Source of the DNA: Podarcis liolepis
Lineage: Eukaryota
Length of the DNA stretch: 64,000 bases
Assembly (NCBI GenBank): GCA_965112155.1
Contig: OZ218098.1
Strand: one strand, 5' to 3'
This document shows positions 48,631-60,224 of the stretch, one piece after another. The position numbers and the translations under genes are program-made. Positions within the stretch are counted from its first letter, which is position 1, and every line of letters starts with the position of its first letter. Below the pieces are notes generated by a model. That model was not told the DNA's origin, did no database searches, and saw only the letters and a list, made by a program, of their open reading frames with translations.

Positions 48631-50372
48631 TACTTTCCTTTAAATTCCTGAAGGCTTTGGGTTCAGGTCATTTGAAGGAAACGACCTTAAGATCTGTTAC
48701 AAACCAGGAGCAAGGGCACTTTCAGGTGCCAAAACTCTCAGCTATTTGCTGAGTGTTGTAGTGCTGCGCCAAAAAATCTCTCCTGTGCTTTCACCACCAC
48801 CATGATTCCTGGTCAAAATCGTCAAAGGAGCAGGGATCTGGGTGAGATTCTTATGAGTGGGATGTGGAGGTTTTGTTGCAATTACAGAGAGGTGTTTGTG
48901 AGTGTCCTTCCTTACATTCAACAAATCATCTACTCACACTCTGCAACAGTATCAGGTGCCTGGTCTTACAGAAGAGGTCGGCCAATAGTTTTCAGGGGTT
49001 TGGAAGAAGCATAGGCTGGGAATGTTGCAGCCAGCCAATAGCTGATTGGAGGGGGACAGAGGCCAGCTGCTCATATGCTTAAGATAACTTGTCCAAAATG
49101 AAAATATGAAAGGCAACTTAGAAAGACCCAGGATTAAAAAGCAAAACGAAACAGCAGCCTGTTTTGCAGGGCCAAAGAAACCCTGGGTTATTTATTTATT
49201 TTACATATTTATGAATTGCCTATAACCATAGATCTCTAAGCGATTTATAGCAGAGTAAACTACAGAATAACATACGTCATAAATAAGAGAGTAGAGTACT
49301 AAAACTGACCAGATAAAATTAATGTTCCGGAAATGCTTGCTGAAATAAAAAAATATTTTCATGGCACGTCGAAATCCATGCATCTGTTGGCATCTGCCTC
49401 ACCTCACAGGGAGGGTATTCTGTAATGCAGGAAACTACTATGCTTAATACTTCCTTTTGCATAGTGGTTTGATTTCTATTTAGAAAATGGAGGGCAAGAT
49501 TCAGCACAGCGCTACCAACCCCACAACTTGTGGTGTTCTCTCTCATAAGAACTCTACTTCACAAACCCCTCTTGTAAAATCATTTCATCAGTGGCTTCCT
49601 GTTATTAATGTTATTAATCTGGTGTCATTTCCCATGCATTACCCTTGTTTCATTGCTTTTTTCCATTTTATTGTAAGCCTTATTGTGAGGGATTCTCTTA
49701 AAGGCAGGGTAGAAATATGTGAAAGAAGTAAATGTGGTCTTTCTGAAGTCTGCTTCCGTGCCTTGGAGCTGCTGTTGGAGATGGCAAAATTTACAAACCA
49801 AAGCCAGTCAGTGATGCAGGAATGGGGATCCTCTGACCAACAGCCAAGGGGGTCCAATTTGGCCCATGGGGTAATTTCCCACCAACCATGCTCATCTGTC
49901 AACAGCTGATGTCTCCAGGTGATGTGAGCTAATGGGAGGGGGAGGGTTCAATGCTGCTGGGTGCTGAATGCACTGGCAAGCAGAGCCCCTCAAAGAGCAG
50001 GACTGAGTCTTCTAGAAACTTTTTCAGTAGTGTGTTCCCATCATGGTGTTGGACAATTGACAGGAAGGTGGCTTTACTCAGCTGTCACACATGTCCCACA
50101 GGATGTGGGGAGATAAACATCTGGCCTACTTGGACAAAAAAGATGTCCATCGCTAGACTATAGATCCCATTCATCCTTACTATTGGCCTCACAGACTGAA
50201 GCTAGGGATGGATGGACTCTTCAAATCTCCTGCATTCCAGTTTGCAATGAAGACAGGACTAAATCCATCCTGTCCTATCTGTAGGTGGATTTTTAATGGC
50301 TAATTCTTAAAAAAATAAAATAAATAAAAACCAAACAAACAGGAATACACATTAAGCAAACATTTCATGCAT

Positions 50373-50719
50373 AAACGGCCTCGGTCTAGTATACTTGAAG
50401 GAGCGTCTCCACCTCCATCGTTCTGCCCGGACACTGAGGTCCAGCGCCGAGGGCCTTCTGGTGGTTCCCTCACTGTGAGAAGCCAAGTTACAGGGAACCA
50501 GGCAAAGGGCCTTTTCGGTAGTGGCACCTGCCCTGTGGAACGCCCTCCCACCAGATGTCAAAGAGAAAAACAACTACCAAATTTTTAGAAGACATCTGAA
50601 GGCAGCCCTGTTTAGGAAAGCTTTAAAGGTTTAATAGGTTATTGTATTTTAGTGTTTTATTGGAAGCCGCCCAGAGTGGCTGGGGAAACCCAGCCAGATG
50701 GGCGGGGTATAAATAATAA

Positions 50720-50770
<51 letters not shown>
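50373..50770 (+). mobile_element. L2 LINE 3' end with (TTA)n tail
   Basis: Highly similar to the 15122 and 20681 copies. Confidence 0.9.
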
Positions 50771-50771
<1 letters not shown>

Positions 50772-51539
50772 CAACATCCAATGTGGTTCAAGAGTTGCAG
50801 CCATGTTTCTCCCCATACAATTCCTCCCAGGGAAAAAGGAATATCATCAAGTCCCACTATTCTCAGACGGACTTGCTCTTGTTATAGTAAGGAGCCTCAT
50901 GTAGCTGCTCAGGCTGTGTGCAGCTTAGCACACAGTTTGAAAGCAAAAAATCTGGGGCAGGAATGGAGGCAGAACAACACTCGCACCCCCTTCATAATGG
51001 AATCCACTGGACTGTGGATTCTGAAGTGGACCAGTAATCTCACATGAGTCATGAGCAAGAGTCTCTAGCAGCGTAGCATGTTTGTGTAGGACTTTTCATT
51101 TTATTAACGAAAACGAATCTCTGTGGGTTTCCAAAAATAATTATGAATTACTGGAAGCAATAACGACATTACTGAAAGTTGAGCCAAATTTCTCATTTTG
51201 TCTGAATCTTTAAAAATAAATAAATAAATCTAAGCCTAAAAGCTAGACCTGCACAAAGAGGGAGATGGCATATTCTGGGAAACATGCAGTTTGCAGAAAG
51301 GATCCCCGTAGTAAAACTTAAGTGTGTGCTCTGTATTATTCTTAAGAGAGAGAGAGAGAAAGGGAAAGAAGAAAACTCTTAACACTGCATGACCTCCGGA
51401 ACTAGACATGCTGAGGCTGGACAATATTGAAGCCAGGAACAGAGAGGTTTGGGATAAAAGGCTTTGTGATAGCAATCTCTGCCTCCCATGCCCTCTGCAC
51501 GACGGCTTAAATATCTCCTCCTTGGACAAACAGATCAAT

Positions 51540-51800
51540 ATAAGCTTTTAAACATCCTCAATGAGAGCTCATTAATGCTCTCCTAGTGTCCTCTTTTGCG
51601 CCCTAATGACCTGGTGGGAGCAGGAGAAGTGTGACAATTATCACAGGCATAACACATCAGATCATTTCTCAACACAATGTGAATTGTTTTCGCAATTATT
51701 CGGGGCAGCAGCAAGCGAAAGTGATAACAAATTGAGAATAATAATGATATACGTTGCGATGTTTTGGGGGCATGTGAAATAGGGACAAATATGCTGGGTT
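51540..51800. promoter_or_regulatory. Candidate conserved non-coding element
   Basis: Repeat-free and CpG-retaining, with CATTAATG, TGACAATTATCA, ACAATG and AATTGT motifs; conservation not verifiable here. Confidence 0.3.
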
Positions 51801-51980
51801 AAATGTTAACTTAGCAGGACATGGGGCTTTGGCATTCCACGCACCATGCTGATTACCATTCTGCTGCTTCCTCTCCTCCTCATTACATAATCTGCAACCG
51901 CAAAGTCATCTGATACTGTAGGTGGTGAGGATAACACAACCAAGGAAAAACGCACACTAGTCTTCGCCATGGGCCGGGGC

Positions 51981-52306
51981 CAGTGGCATAGTGGTGATGG
52001 GGGCACAGGGGTGGTTGTCCTGGGTGCAAAATTGTTAGGGGGCACAACATTTGAACTGTTGGTGCTGCCTCAATATAGCTGCACGCTTCTGTCTCTGGGC
52101 TTCATTGAAAACGTCTTCTCCATGCAAACTTTGAAGTGACTACTCCTGACAACAGAGTGACTCTTCTTTTCTTATCTCTGTGGCTGCAATCTCTGGGGTG
52201 ATGCAGATGCCATTAGGCAGTTGAATGTGCATGTGTACTTTTTCTGTTTCCCTCCCTCCCCACAGCCATGTGGCCCTGGGCACTGGCAACCTATGCTATG
52301 CCTCTG
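51981..52306. mobile_element. hAT-like non-autonomous element, decayed
   Basis: TIR CAGTGGCATAG / CTATGCCTCTG; flanks only partly similar. Confidence 0.55.
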
Positions 52307-52579
52307 GCTGGGCACAGGAGGCCGTACCCCCTTCTTCCCAGGAAGATCACCATATCAATCAGGAGACCAACCCGTCCACATCCATCACCTAGGAAAAGAG
52401 AGTTTGCTTGCCTACTTCCTGCAAGAAAGAACTCGGAAAAAACAGTTGGAGGCAGCTCCAACTGTTTCTTAATACCAATGCTCCAATGCTTCTTAATACC
52501 AGTTGCTGGAAACCACAGGAAACCACAGGCGGGGAGAGTGCTTTCATGCTCAGGTCCTTCTCACAGGTTTCCCACAGCA

Positions 52580-52893
52580 TTTAAGTGCAATTTTCTCCTA
52601 ATATGCACATTTTTATGTGCAATTTTGAATAATATGCGCATTTTTGCAATGCAAAGTTTCCTGATATAACACATTTTTGCTTGAAAGTGACATGAATATA
52701 TGCATTTATATGTATTCCTGACCTTAGCATATGGATATTTTTAGGCGTTGCCTGGCTGAAGAAAGTCCTTGCAAATTTCAGAGAAATGCGAATGCTGAAA
52801 GGTCACTGTGTTTGTTTGCAACTAGCTTTGTAGAGTGCAAATGAGGTAGTTTAGCCTTTAAATGCACATTGAATTGAATTCCTCCCCCAACTC
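52580..52893 (-). mobile_element. AT-rich hAT-like element
   Basis: Reverse-strand member of the 16452/30915 family. Confidence 0.6.
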
Positions 52894-53026
52894 TACTGGC
52901 ACTACCTCTCATTGAATAGAACACCACTTTTCTCATCCAAGTAAAGACGTCTAGTATTAGACTGACTTGCAAGGGGGGGGGGATTAGTAGACCACTTTCT
53001 TATATGCAGTTTGAATAATGTTTCCA

Positions 53027-53410
53027 AGCACAATTCAAAGCGTTGGTGCTGACCTTTAAAGCCCTAAATGACCTCGGCCCAGTATATCTGAAGGAGTGTC
53101 TCCACCCTTAGCGTTCAGCCCAAACACCGAGGTCCACCTCCAAGGGTCTTCTGGAAGTTTCCTTCACTGAGAGAAATGAAGTTACAGGGAACCAGGCAGA
53201 GGACCTTTTTGGTAGTGGCACCCACCCTGTGGAACACCCCCCATCAGATGTCAAGGAGTTAAAGAACTACACAATTTTTAAAGGACATCTGAAGGCAGCC
53301 CTGTATCAGGCAGTTTTTAATGTTTGACATTTTATTATGTTTTTATATTTACTGGAAGCCCAGCCAGATGAGTGGGATATAAGTAATAAAATTATGATTA
53401 TGATTATGCT
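53027..53410 (+). mobile_element. L2 LINE 3' end
   Basis: CAATTCAAAGCGTTGGTGCTGACCTTTAAAGCCCTA (QFKALVLTFKAL) then the same body as the other L2 copies. Confidence 0.85.
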
Positions 53411-53504
53411 TTGTGAATTATTCACCTTTGCTACTTTATTTAAAAAATGGACACTTCAGTCGGTTTAAGTCATTTCTCAAACATGCATTTTACTTACAGA
53501 CCTG

Positions 53505-54459
53505 GGTGTGTAGGCGTGTCCTGGGCCAATTTCCGTTCAGTGTCTTAACAAGTGACTTGAATAAAGGTGTTGAACGATGCTCATCCAATTTGCAGATGAC
53601 ACCAAACTGGAAGGGGTAGCTAATGCAGTAGAAGACAGAATCAGAATTCTATATGTCCTTAACAGATTGGAGAACTGGGCCCAAAGTAAAAAAATAAATG
53701 TCAGTAGGGACAAATGTCAGGTCCTGCATTTAGGCAGGAAGAACCAGATGCACAAATATACGATGGGGGACACCTGGTTTGCCAGTATTACATGTGAAAT
53801 GGATCTAGGGGTCTTAATAGACCACAAGCTTCACATGAGTCAACAGTGTGATACAGCAACAAAAAAAGCAATGTTTTTCTAGGCTGAATCAACAGTATTA
53901 TAGTGTCTAGCAAGGGAAGTAATAGTACCACTCTATTCTGCCTTGGTCAGACCACACCTGTGCAGTTCTGGGCTCCACAGTTTAAGAAGGATATTGACAA
54001 GCTGGAACATGTGCAGAGGAGGGTGACCAAAATGATCAAGGGTTTGGAAACTGAGCCTTATGAAAAACGGTTGAGAGAGTTGGGTGTGTTTTGCCTGGAA
54101 AAGAGGATACTAAGATGAGATATGATAGCCAACTTCAAATATCTAAAGCGTTGCCATGTGGGAAATGGAACAAGCTTGTTTTCTCCTGCTCTGGAGGGTA
54201 GGACACGAACAAATGACTTGAAGTTGCAATAAAGGAGTTTCCAACATCAGGAAGAGCTTCCTGACTGTAAGAGCTGTTTGACACTAGAGCAGACTCCCTT
54301 AGGAGGTGGTGGATTCTCCTTCATTGGAGGTTTTTAAGCAGAGGTTGGGTGTCCATCTGCGATGGATGCTTCAGCTGAGATTCCTTCATTGGATGGGGTT
54401 GGATTAGATGACTAGATGACTCTGGGGGTTCCTTCCAACTCTACAATTCTATGATTCTA
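53505..54459 (+). mobile_element. CR1 LINE, 5'-truncated (RT C-terminal half plus 3'UTR), frameshifted
   Basis: ORFs give QFADDTKLEG (RT catalytic FADD), KCQVLHLGRKN and [26 protein letters not shown]; ends ATTCTATGATTCTA. Confidence 0.95.
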
Positions 54460-54486
54460 ATGCAAAACTATGCCTACTACAGGAAC

Positions 54487-54740
54487 CATAGGTGCTGGGT
54501 CCAGGGGCCCTGGGTGTTCTAGCCCCCCCCCCAAATCCCCCCTGAGGGGGCTGAGCACCCACAAAATTTGGTGGCATGTGTGCTGGGCACATGTGTCTGA
54601 TGTCAGCTTGCCCAGTGCTGCATGTGTCCGATGTCAGCACGCCCAGCCGTGTGCTAGGGGTGTCGCTCACAAATGCTGCCAGGAGTGCTAACATCGGTGT
54701 GCACACCCAATAGCATGCGTGTCCCAAGCCGGCGCCACTG
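54487..54740. mobile_element. GC-rich hAT-like element
   Basis: CATAGGTGC / GCGCCACTG termini; 8-bp TSD ACAGGAAC / GCAGGAAC. Confidence 0.7.
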
Positions 54741-55877
54741 GCAGGAACAAAGAATGGGCTAGGAGTATGAACTGATAGCCCCTTCTTCTCATTACATTAC
54801 CTTTCAGTGCAAACAAAACTATTCCCCCCATTCCAACCACCTGGCCACACAATAAAACCGTGGCTGCCACAAACTAGCTGGGCTTGGGATGTGGCCATAG
54901 AACTTCATCACCACCCTCTCCCTCCCTTCCCCACTCAGGATTACTCTTCTCATCTTGTTTCTTTATCACCTTCTTTGAGCAGTTCCTCATTATTGCCACG
55001 GTCCGCATTGGTCGGCTGCCGACACCCCACCCTCTCCCTAATTCGAAATGGAAACGATGCAGGAAACTGAAAGTTTTGCAGGCTCTCTAATCTCGACACA
55101 GAGCCTCTGGGGTTTTTTTTGGGAAGGCCCAACCTGTCAGCTCTCCTCACTGGCAATTCATTACAGAGCAGCACCAAGCGAGGTGTTGGAACGGGGAGAT
55201 GACACTTTCTTTTAAGGAACGAAAAAGAAGCAGTGTTCTATTTTAGCAACTTTTTTAATTCTTGTTTTTAGTGCAAGAATTTAATTATACATATTTCCCC
55301 CCCATTTCTTATATTCTGACATATTAATTAAGGGTGCTCCGATTCATTTCCTGTGGCACTATTGGCCTATTCTGTAAAAACATGTGACTGTTTTTGTACA
55401 AATATATATATATATATATCAGCAGGTAGGTAAAGGCAACGCCTCACTTTTCTGCCTACAGGCTGCCATTCCTTCTTGTCATTGAAACAGAAGGCTAATT
55501 ATTTTCTAAATAACCTGATAGTTTCCTCTACCGGCATGGGATCTTACTGAATATCATACACAGGGTATTGCATCTCAGAAACCAGCCAAATTGCTATAAC
55601 TTCAGCTAATGGAGACCACAGGCCATGTTGCAAGGTGCCTGCCTGGTGTTCTAGAGGATAAACCAGGGTACCAAGGGAATAACTAAATAATGGGAAGAGG
55701 AAATAAATGCCACTTGGGCACCCTATTAGAACCTTATTAAACTAGATTTGTCTAAAAGAGTGCCTGTTAGGTCTACACCTAAGTTCATTTAGATCAGGAA
55801 TGGGTATCCTATCCTGATGCTGTTGGACTCCAGCTCTCATCTACTAGGTTGGTTCATTTTTCAGGATATTGTTACAA

Positions 55878-56047
55878 GAAAGTGCCATAGCTCAGTGGTA
55901 GAGTATCTGCTTTGCATGCTGAAGGTCCTAAGTTCAATCCCTGGCATCTCCAGGTAGGGATGGGAAGAACTCTCTGTCTTGTAATTGTGGAGAGCCACAA
56001 CCATCCTGTCCTGAAATTGTGGACAGTCACTGTGCAAACAGTACTGT
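55878..56047 (+). mobile_element. tRNA-derived SINE (Squam2-like) 5' part; 3' part resumes at ~56767-56800
   Basis: ATAGCTCAGTGGTAGAG A-box and AGTTCAATCCC B-box; tail GATCTGATTCAGTCTAAGGCAG..CCTATGTT found after the RTE insert. Confidence 0.75.
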
Positions 56048-56655
56048 ATGCTTGTGAAACACTGACCACTTATAAACGCCTTCTCCAACTCCTCGAAAGA
56101 TTCCATCAATGGTGTCTCCGAAAAATTTTACACATCACTTGGGAAGACAGGCAAACTAATATCAGTGTACTGGAAGAAGCAAAGATCACCAGTGTTGAAG
56201 CAATGATTCCTCAACATCACATCGTTGGACTGGTCATGTTGTGCAGATGCCTGATGATCGTCTTCCAAAGCAACTACTCTATTCCGAACTTAAAAATGGA
56301 AAGTGTAATGCTGGTGGTCAACAAAAGAGGTTTAAAGACTGTCTCAAGGCAAATCTAAAAAAAAAAAAGTAGTTTAAACACTGACAACTGGGAAACACTG
56401 GCCTGCAAGTGCTCCAATTGGAGAACAGCCTTTACCAAAGGTGTCATGGTCTTTGAACTCAGGACGAAAAGAGAGAAATATGCTAAGAGGAAGGCATGCT
56501 TGGCAAACCCTCACTGTGATCAACTCCCACCCACAAACCTATGTTCCCACTGTGGAAGGAATTGGCCTCCACAGTCACTTACAGATTCACTGTTAAAACT
56601 GTGTTTATGAAAGGCGATCTTACTCGGCTATGAGTGATTGCCAAAGAGAAGAAAG
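56043..56655 (+). mobile_element. RTE-clade LINE 3' part (non-BovB lineage)
   Basis: LYACET..LERFHQWCLRKILHITWEDRQTNISVL, then WTGHVVQMPDDRLPKQLLYSEL in a shifted frame, and a C-terminal CSHCGR..IGLHSHL zinc-finger remnant; purine-rich tail. Confidence 0.9.
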
Positions 56656-56720
56656 AGAAAGAGATATAGTTGTTAGCCACTCTGAGCCCAGCTTTGGCTG
56701 GGGAGGGTGGGATATAAATA

Positions 56721-56766
<46 letters not shown>

Positions 56767-56909
56767 GATCTGATTCAGTCTAAGGCAGTGTTCCTATGTT
56801 TCATTTGTTCACTGAATCAGTTTCCTCATTTTGCCCAATGGTAGGGCCGACTCTGACAGGTTGTTGAAGTTACCTTTGAGGTTTTGAGATTGAACAATAG
56901 ACGGTGGCA

Positions 56910-57070
56910 GTATATACATCATACATTTAAAGCACACTCCCCACCCCCAAAGAATCCTGGGAACTGTAGATTGTTAAGGGTGCTGTAGCTCTGCAAGGGG
57001 TAAACTAGAGTTCCCAGGATTCTTGGAAGGCATTTGTGCTTCAAATAGGCTTTTCATGTATGGTGTGTAC
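56910..57070. mobile_element. Palindromic MITE (Harbinger/Chompy-like)
   Basis: AAGAATCCTGGGAACT / AGTTCCCAGGATTCTT inverted repeat plus outer ACATCATACAT / ATGTATGGTGT. Confidence 0.65.
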
Positions 57071-57074
57071 ATAG

Positions 57075-57215
57075 TTTCGACGCATGGAATTGTAGTTAGA
57101 AGGGACCACAAGGCCTGTATAGTCCAAACCCCTGAAGTGCAGTACAATTTTGCCCAAAATGGAGCTTGAACCCACAACCCTGAGATGGAATGTCTCCTGC
57201 TCTACTGGCTGACCT
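57075..57215 (-). mobile_element. tRNA(Lys)-like head plus CR1-tail SINE, decayed
   Basis: Minus strand GTAGAGCAGGAGAC...TCTCAGGGTTGTGGGTTCAAGCTCCA..TTGGGC followed by a CR1-like GGGGTTTGGACTA...GGTCCCTTCTAACT tail. Confidence 0.65.
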
Positions 57216-57514
57216 TAACATGTGTCAGGAAGATCCTTTTTTGGTGAAGTGTTAAACATTCTTTCATGCCAACTGGATGTTACATAAGCTGGTCAAAAAT
57301 GGATAATATCCCACATATTTTCCCTTTCCTCCACAACTGAACACATGTACAAATAGAAAAGCTGAAGAATTTGAAAATGGACACAATTTGAGCAATGGTT
57401 TAATGGGGGGAAATGCATAGATCCCTAGCTGTAGTTGCTTCTTGGTAATTTAAGGTGAAACCCTTAACTCAGTGGCTTATTATATTCTTGGTTGAAAGGG
57501 GGGGAAAGTGATGC

Positions 57515-57700
57515 TTAATTAATCTTTACAAAGTACTGCCAGACCTTTAATTAAAGGTCAGTCTAATAGTGCAAAACCACTCATAATGATTATGATTTTA
57601 TTCTTGGCGTCCACCTTGGGTTGGAAATGATGAGAATGGAATATTTGAATAATGTTATTGTGGATCATCTGCTGACCAAGTTAAAGGTCATGAACTTCAG
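57515..57700. promoter_or_regulatory. Candidate enhancer with NBRE/homeobox palindrome
   Basis: Perfect palindrome GACCTTTAATTAAAGGTC (57542-57559); AAAGGTCA twice; AGGTCATGAACT IR0 (57685-57696); TTAATTAA twice. Confidence 0.4.
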
Positions 57701-58708
57701 CCTTCTTCAACCTGGTGCCCTCAGATGTTTTGGATTCTAATTCCCACCAGACCCCAATAACATGGCTTGGGAAAGCCTAGCTTACAGTTTCTAACGGCTA
57801 GAAGAACATCTAGCATATCAAGGGTATGTGATGGTGTGTGCATGCGTGTATATCTATATATTTATCTATATTCCATAAGAACCCTAGGAACTCCCTAGGG
57901 CCAGTATGCAAACAACAAAATAATAATGAGCCAGATTCAATTTTATTGCACCTTTTAAAATGGCTTTTCCAGTTGGCTTTCCCGAAAAGCTGGGTTTAAT
58001 TCTCACGGCTCTGCTTGTGCCAGTCTTATTCCGGCAATAGTAGTGCAATATCCCCTCAACATATAATGCACTAGAAACAGGTTGTCCATGAGATGGATCC
58101 AATAAGGAGATAGAAGCCCCCAGTCAGAGGGGGGGGGGAGGAAATCACACCAAGGTAGCAGCAGAACATGAAACAATCACACTCAGCAGAACTGAGGAAA
58201 GGTGAATATTCACACACAAATTCCCATGCAGATTTTGACACATTTCCCTAGTATTTATACCCTACTGCATGGGAAGCCAGCAGGGTGCCCTTCAAATTTT
58301 GTTGGGTTCCAACTCCCGCCAGCCCCAGGCAGGGTGGTCAATAGCCAGAGAACATGAGAGCTGTAGTCCAATAACATATTGAGGGCACTACGCCCTACTT
58401 TATCTGAGTATATCCTAATTCAGGGATTCTTACTCGCATGGTTAGTATCACATGAGGGAGGAGACTGGCGACACACCTGCTGGGCCTGGCCTTCCTGTCA
58501 TTTTCTGTTGCCCAGCCTAGTCTTCTTCCACATTTTGGAGGGGCAGGGGGAGATCTGGATAACATAAGAACATAAAAAGAGCCGGCTGGATCAGGCCAAT
58601 GGTTCACCGGCCTGTCCTCATCGTAGCCAGCCAGATGCCTGTGGGAAACCTGCAAGCAGGACTCAAACTCAAGAGTCCTCTCCCCCCCTGTAGCTTCCAG
58701 CAACTGGT

Positions 58709-58947
58709 AGAAGAAGAGTTTGGATTTGATATCCCGCCTTTCACTCTCTTTAAGGAGTCTCAAAGCGGCTAACATTCTCCTTTCCCTTCCTCCCCCACAA
58801 CAAACACTCTGTGAGGTGAGTGGGGCTGAGAGACTTCAGAGAAGTGTGACTGGCCCAAGGTCACCCAGCAGCTGCATGTGGAGGAGCGGAGACGCGAACC
58901 CGGTCCCCCAGATTACGAGACTACCGCTCTTAACCACTACACCACAC
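58709..58947 (-). mobile_element. Squam3-like (MIR/Ther1-derived) CORE SINE
   Basis: Minus strand GTGTGGTGTAGTGGTTAAGAGCGG head, GGGTTCGCGTCTCC B-box, GGGTGACCTTGGGCCAGTCAC core, (CTT)n tail; CpGs retained. Confidence 0.85.
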
Positions 58948-59203
58948 TTCTGACTCTGACTATGGAGGCAGAACATAGCCAACATGCCTCGTCGACATCC
59001 TCCTCCATGAATTTTTAGAATTCTTTTCTAAAGTCATTCGAGTTGGTGGCCATCACTGTCTGCTGTGGGATTGAGTCCCTTAGGGTATGCACCTGTGTGA
59101 AGAAGGACTTTCTGTTCTGAATCATCCAATGGTCAGCTTCAGCCCACAGGTTGCAGAGTTTGAAAGAGGGAGGAAAGAAATAACATTTGCCTATCCCCTT
59201 TCT

Positions 59204-59494
59204 GTTGTCTTTGTCCATGGAGTTTTCTTGGCAGGGATACTGGAGTGGCTTGCCGGTTCCTGCTCCAGGTGGATCACGTTTGGTCAAAACTCTCCACTAT
59301 GACTTGTCTATCTTGGGTGCCCTGCTCGGCATAGTTCACAGCTTCTCTGAGTTATTCAAGCCCCTTCGCCACAGCAAGGCAGTGAGTTTGACCAAACTGC
59401 AGGAGGCAGAGGAAGACAGGAGTGCCTGGCGTGCTCTGGTCCATGGGGTCACGAAGAGTCGTACATGACTAAACGACTAAACAACAATAACAAC
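59204..59494. mobile_element. BovB insertion with inverted 5'UTR fused to sense 3' tail
   Basis: 59204-59385 is a BovB 5' region on the minus strand (GAGTGKPLQYPCQENSM, cf. BovB GEGNGKPLQYSCLENPM); 59383-59494 matches 61711-61822; 11-bp TSD ATCCCCTTTCT. Confidence 0.85.
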
Positions 59495-60224
59495 ATCCCC
59501 TTTCTCCATCATATGCATAGTTTTGCTAACTTCTGCTGCAGAACATGGACAGTGGTAGGGCCTACCCAGCTGACTTGAAGGCAATGGGGAGGGTCAGCAA
59601 GACAAGCTTTTCCTATCATACAAGCAAGAAAGAACGCCTGAACAGAAGTTGTGCATAAATGAAATGACTGCAGAACTCCCACCTTTTTTTTATTCTTACC
59701 ACTGCCTCCATTTCTGTGTTGTTTCATGTGTTTTTATATCTAGATTGCAATCCCCTTGGGTCTGGGGCCTGTCCTCTGGGTCATTGTAAAGCACCAACTG
59801 CATGGATGGAGAGCCACATTAAATCTTCATCATCTGTTGTTGTTTTTTTGGAGGGAAAATAAGATTCAGAAATGGAAACTGAAGAAAATTCTCAACAGAA
59901 AGTTTGCATCTTCAGTCTGATTTATTTGTTTATGTTCCTCCCCGCTCCTCCAAATGGATAAGTCCTCAGGCACTCCTGATTCCACCACAGAATTCTAAAC
60001 AGAGTATTTGTGCCCAAAAAGCAACACAAACAAGATCCAGGCACTTAGCTTTTACCTCTTGCGGCTGAAACGCTGTGAACCACTTATGAATTATTCCCAC
60101 GAGTAATTTTTGTAATCTTCACCCCTCCTTCCACTCTCCCCCCCCTTTTTTTTGCAATTTCCTTAGCATACCTTGACTATCTATCTGTCTGTCCATCTAT
60201 CTATCTATTTATCTATCTATCTCT

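Larger units (their letters stand above)
58560..59535 (-). mobile_element. CR1 3' end hosting two nested insertions
   Basis: AACATAAGAACATAA tail and CTGGATCAGGCCAATGG; continuity resumes after the Squam3 and BovB inserts. Confidence 0.75.

Noticed and set aside
57150-57215. tRNA-like sequence (also 55885-55950 and 58880-58947)
   Set aside because: SINE heads with broken cloverleaves and attached LINE-like tails, not tRNA genes.
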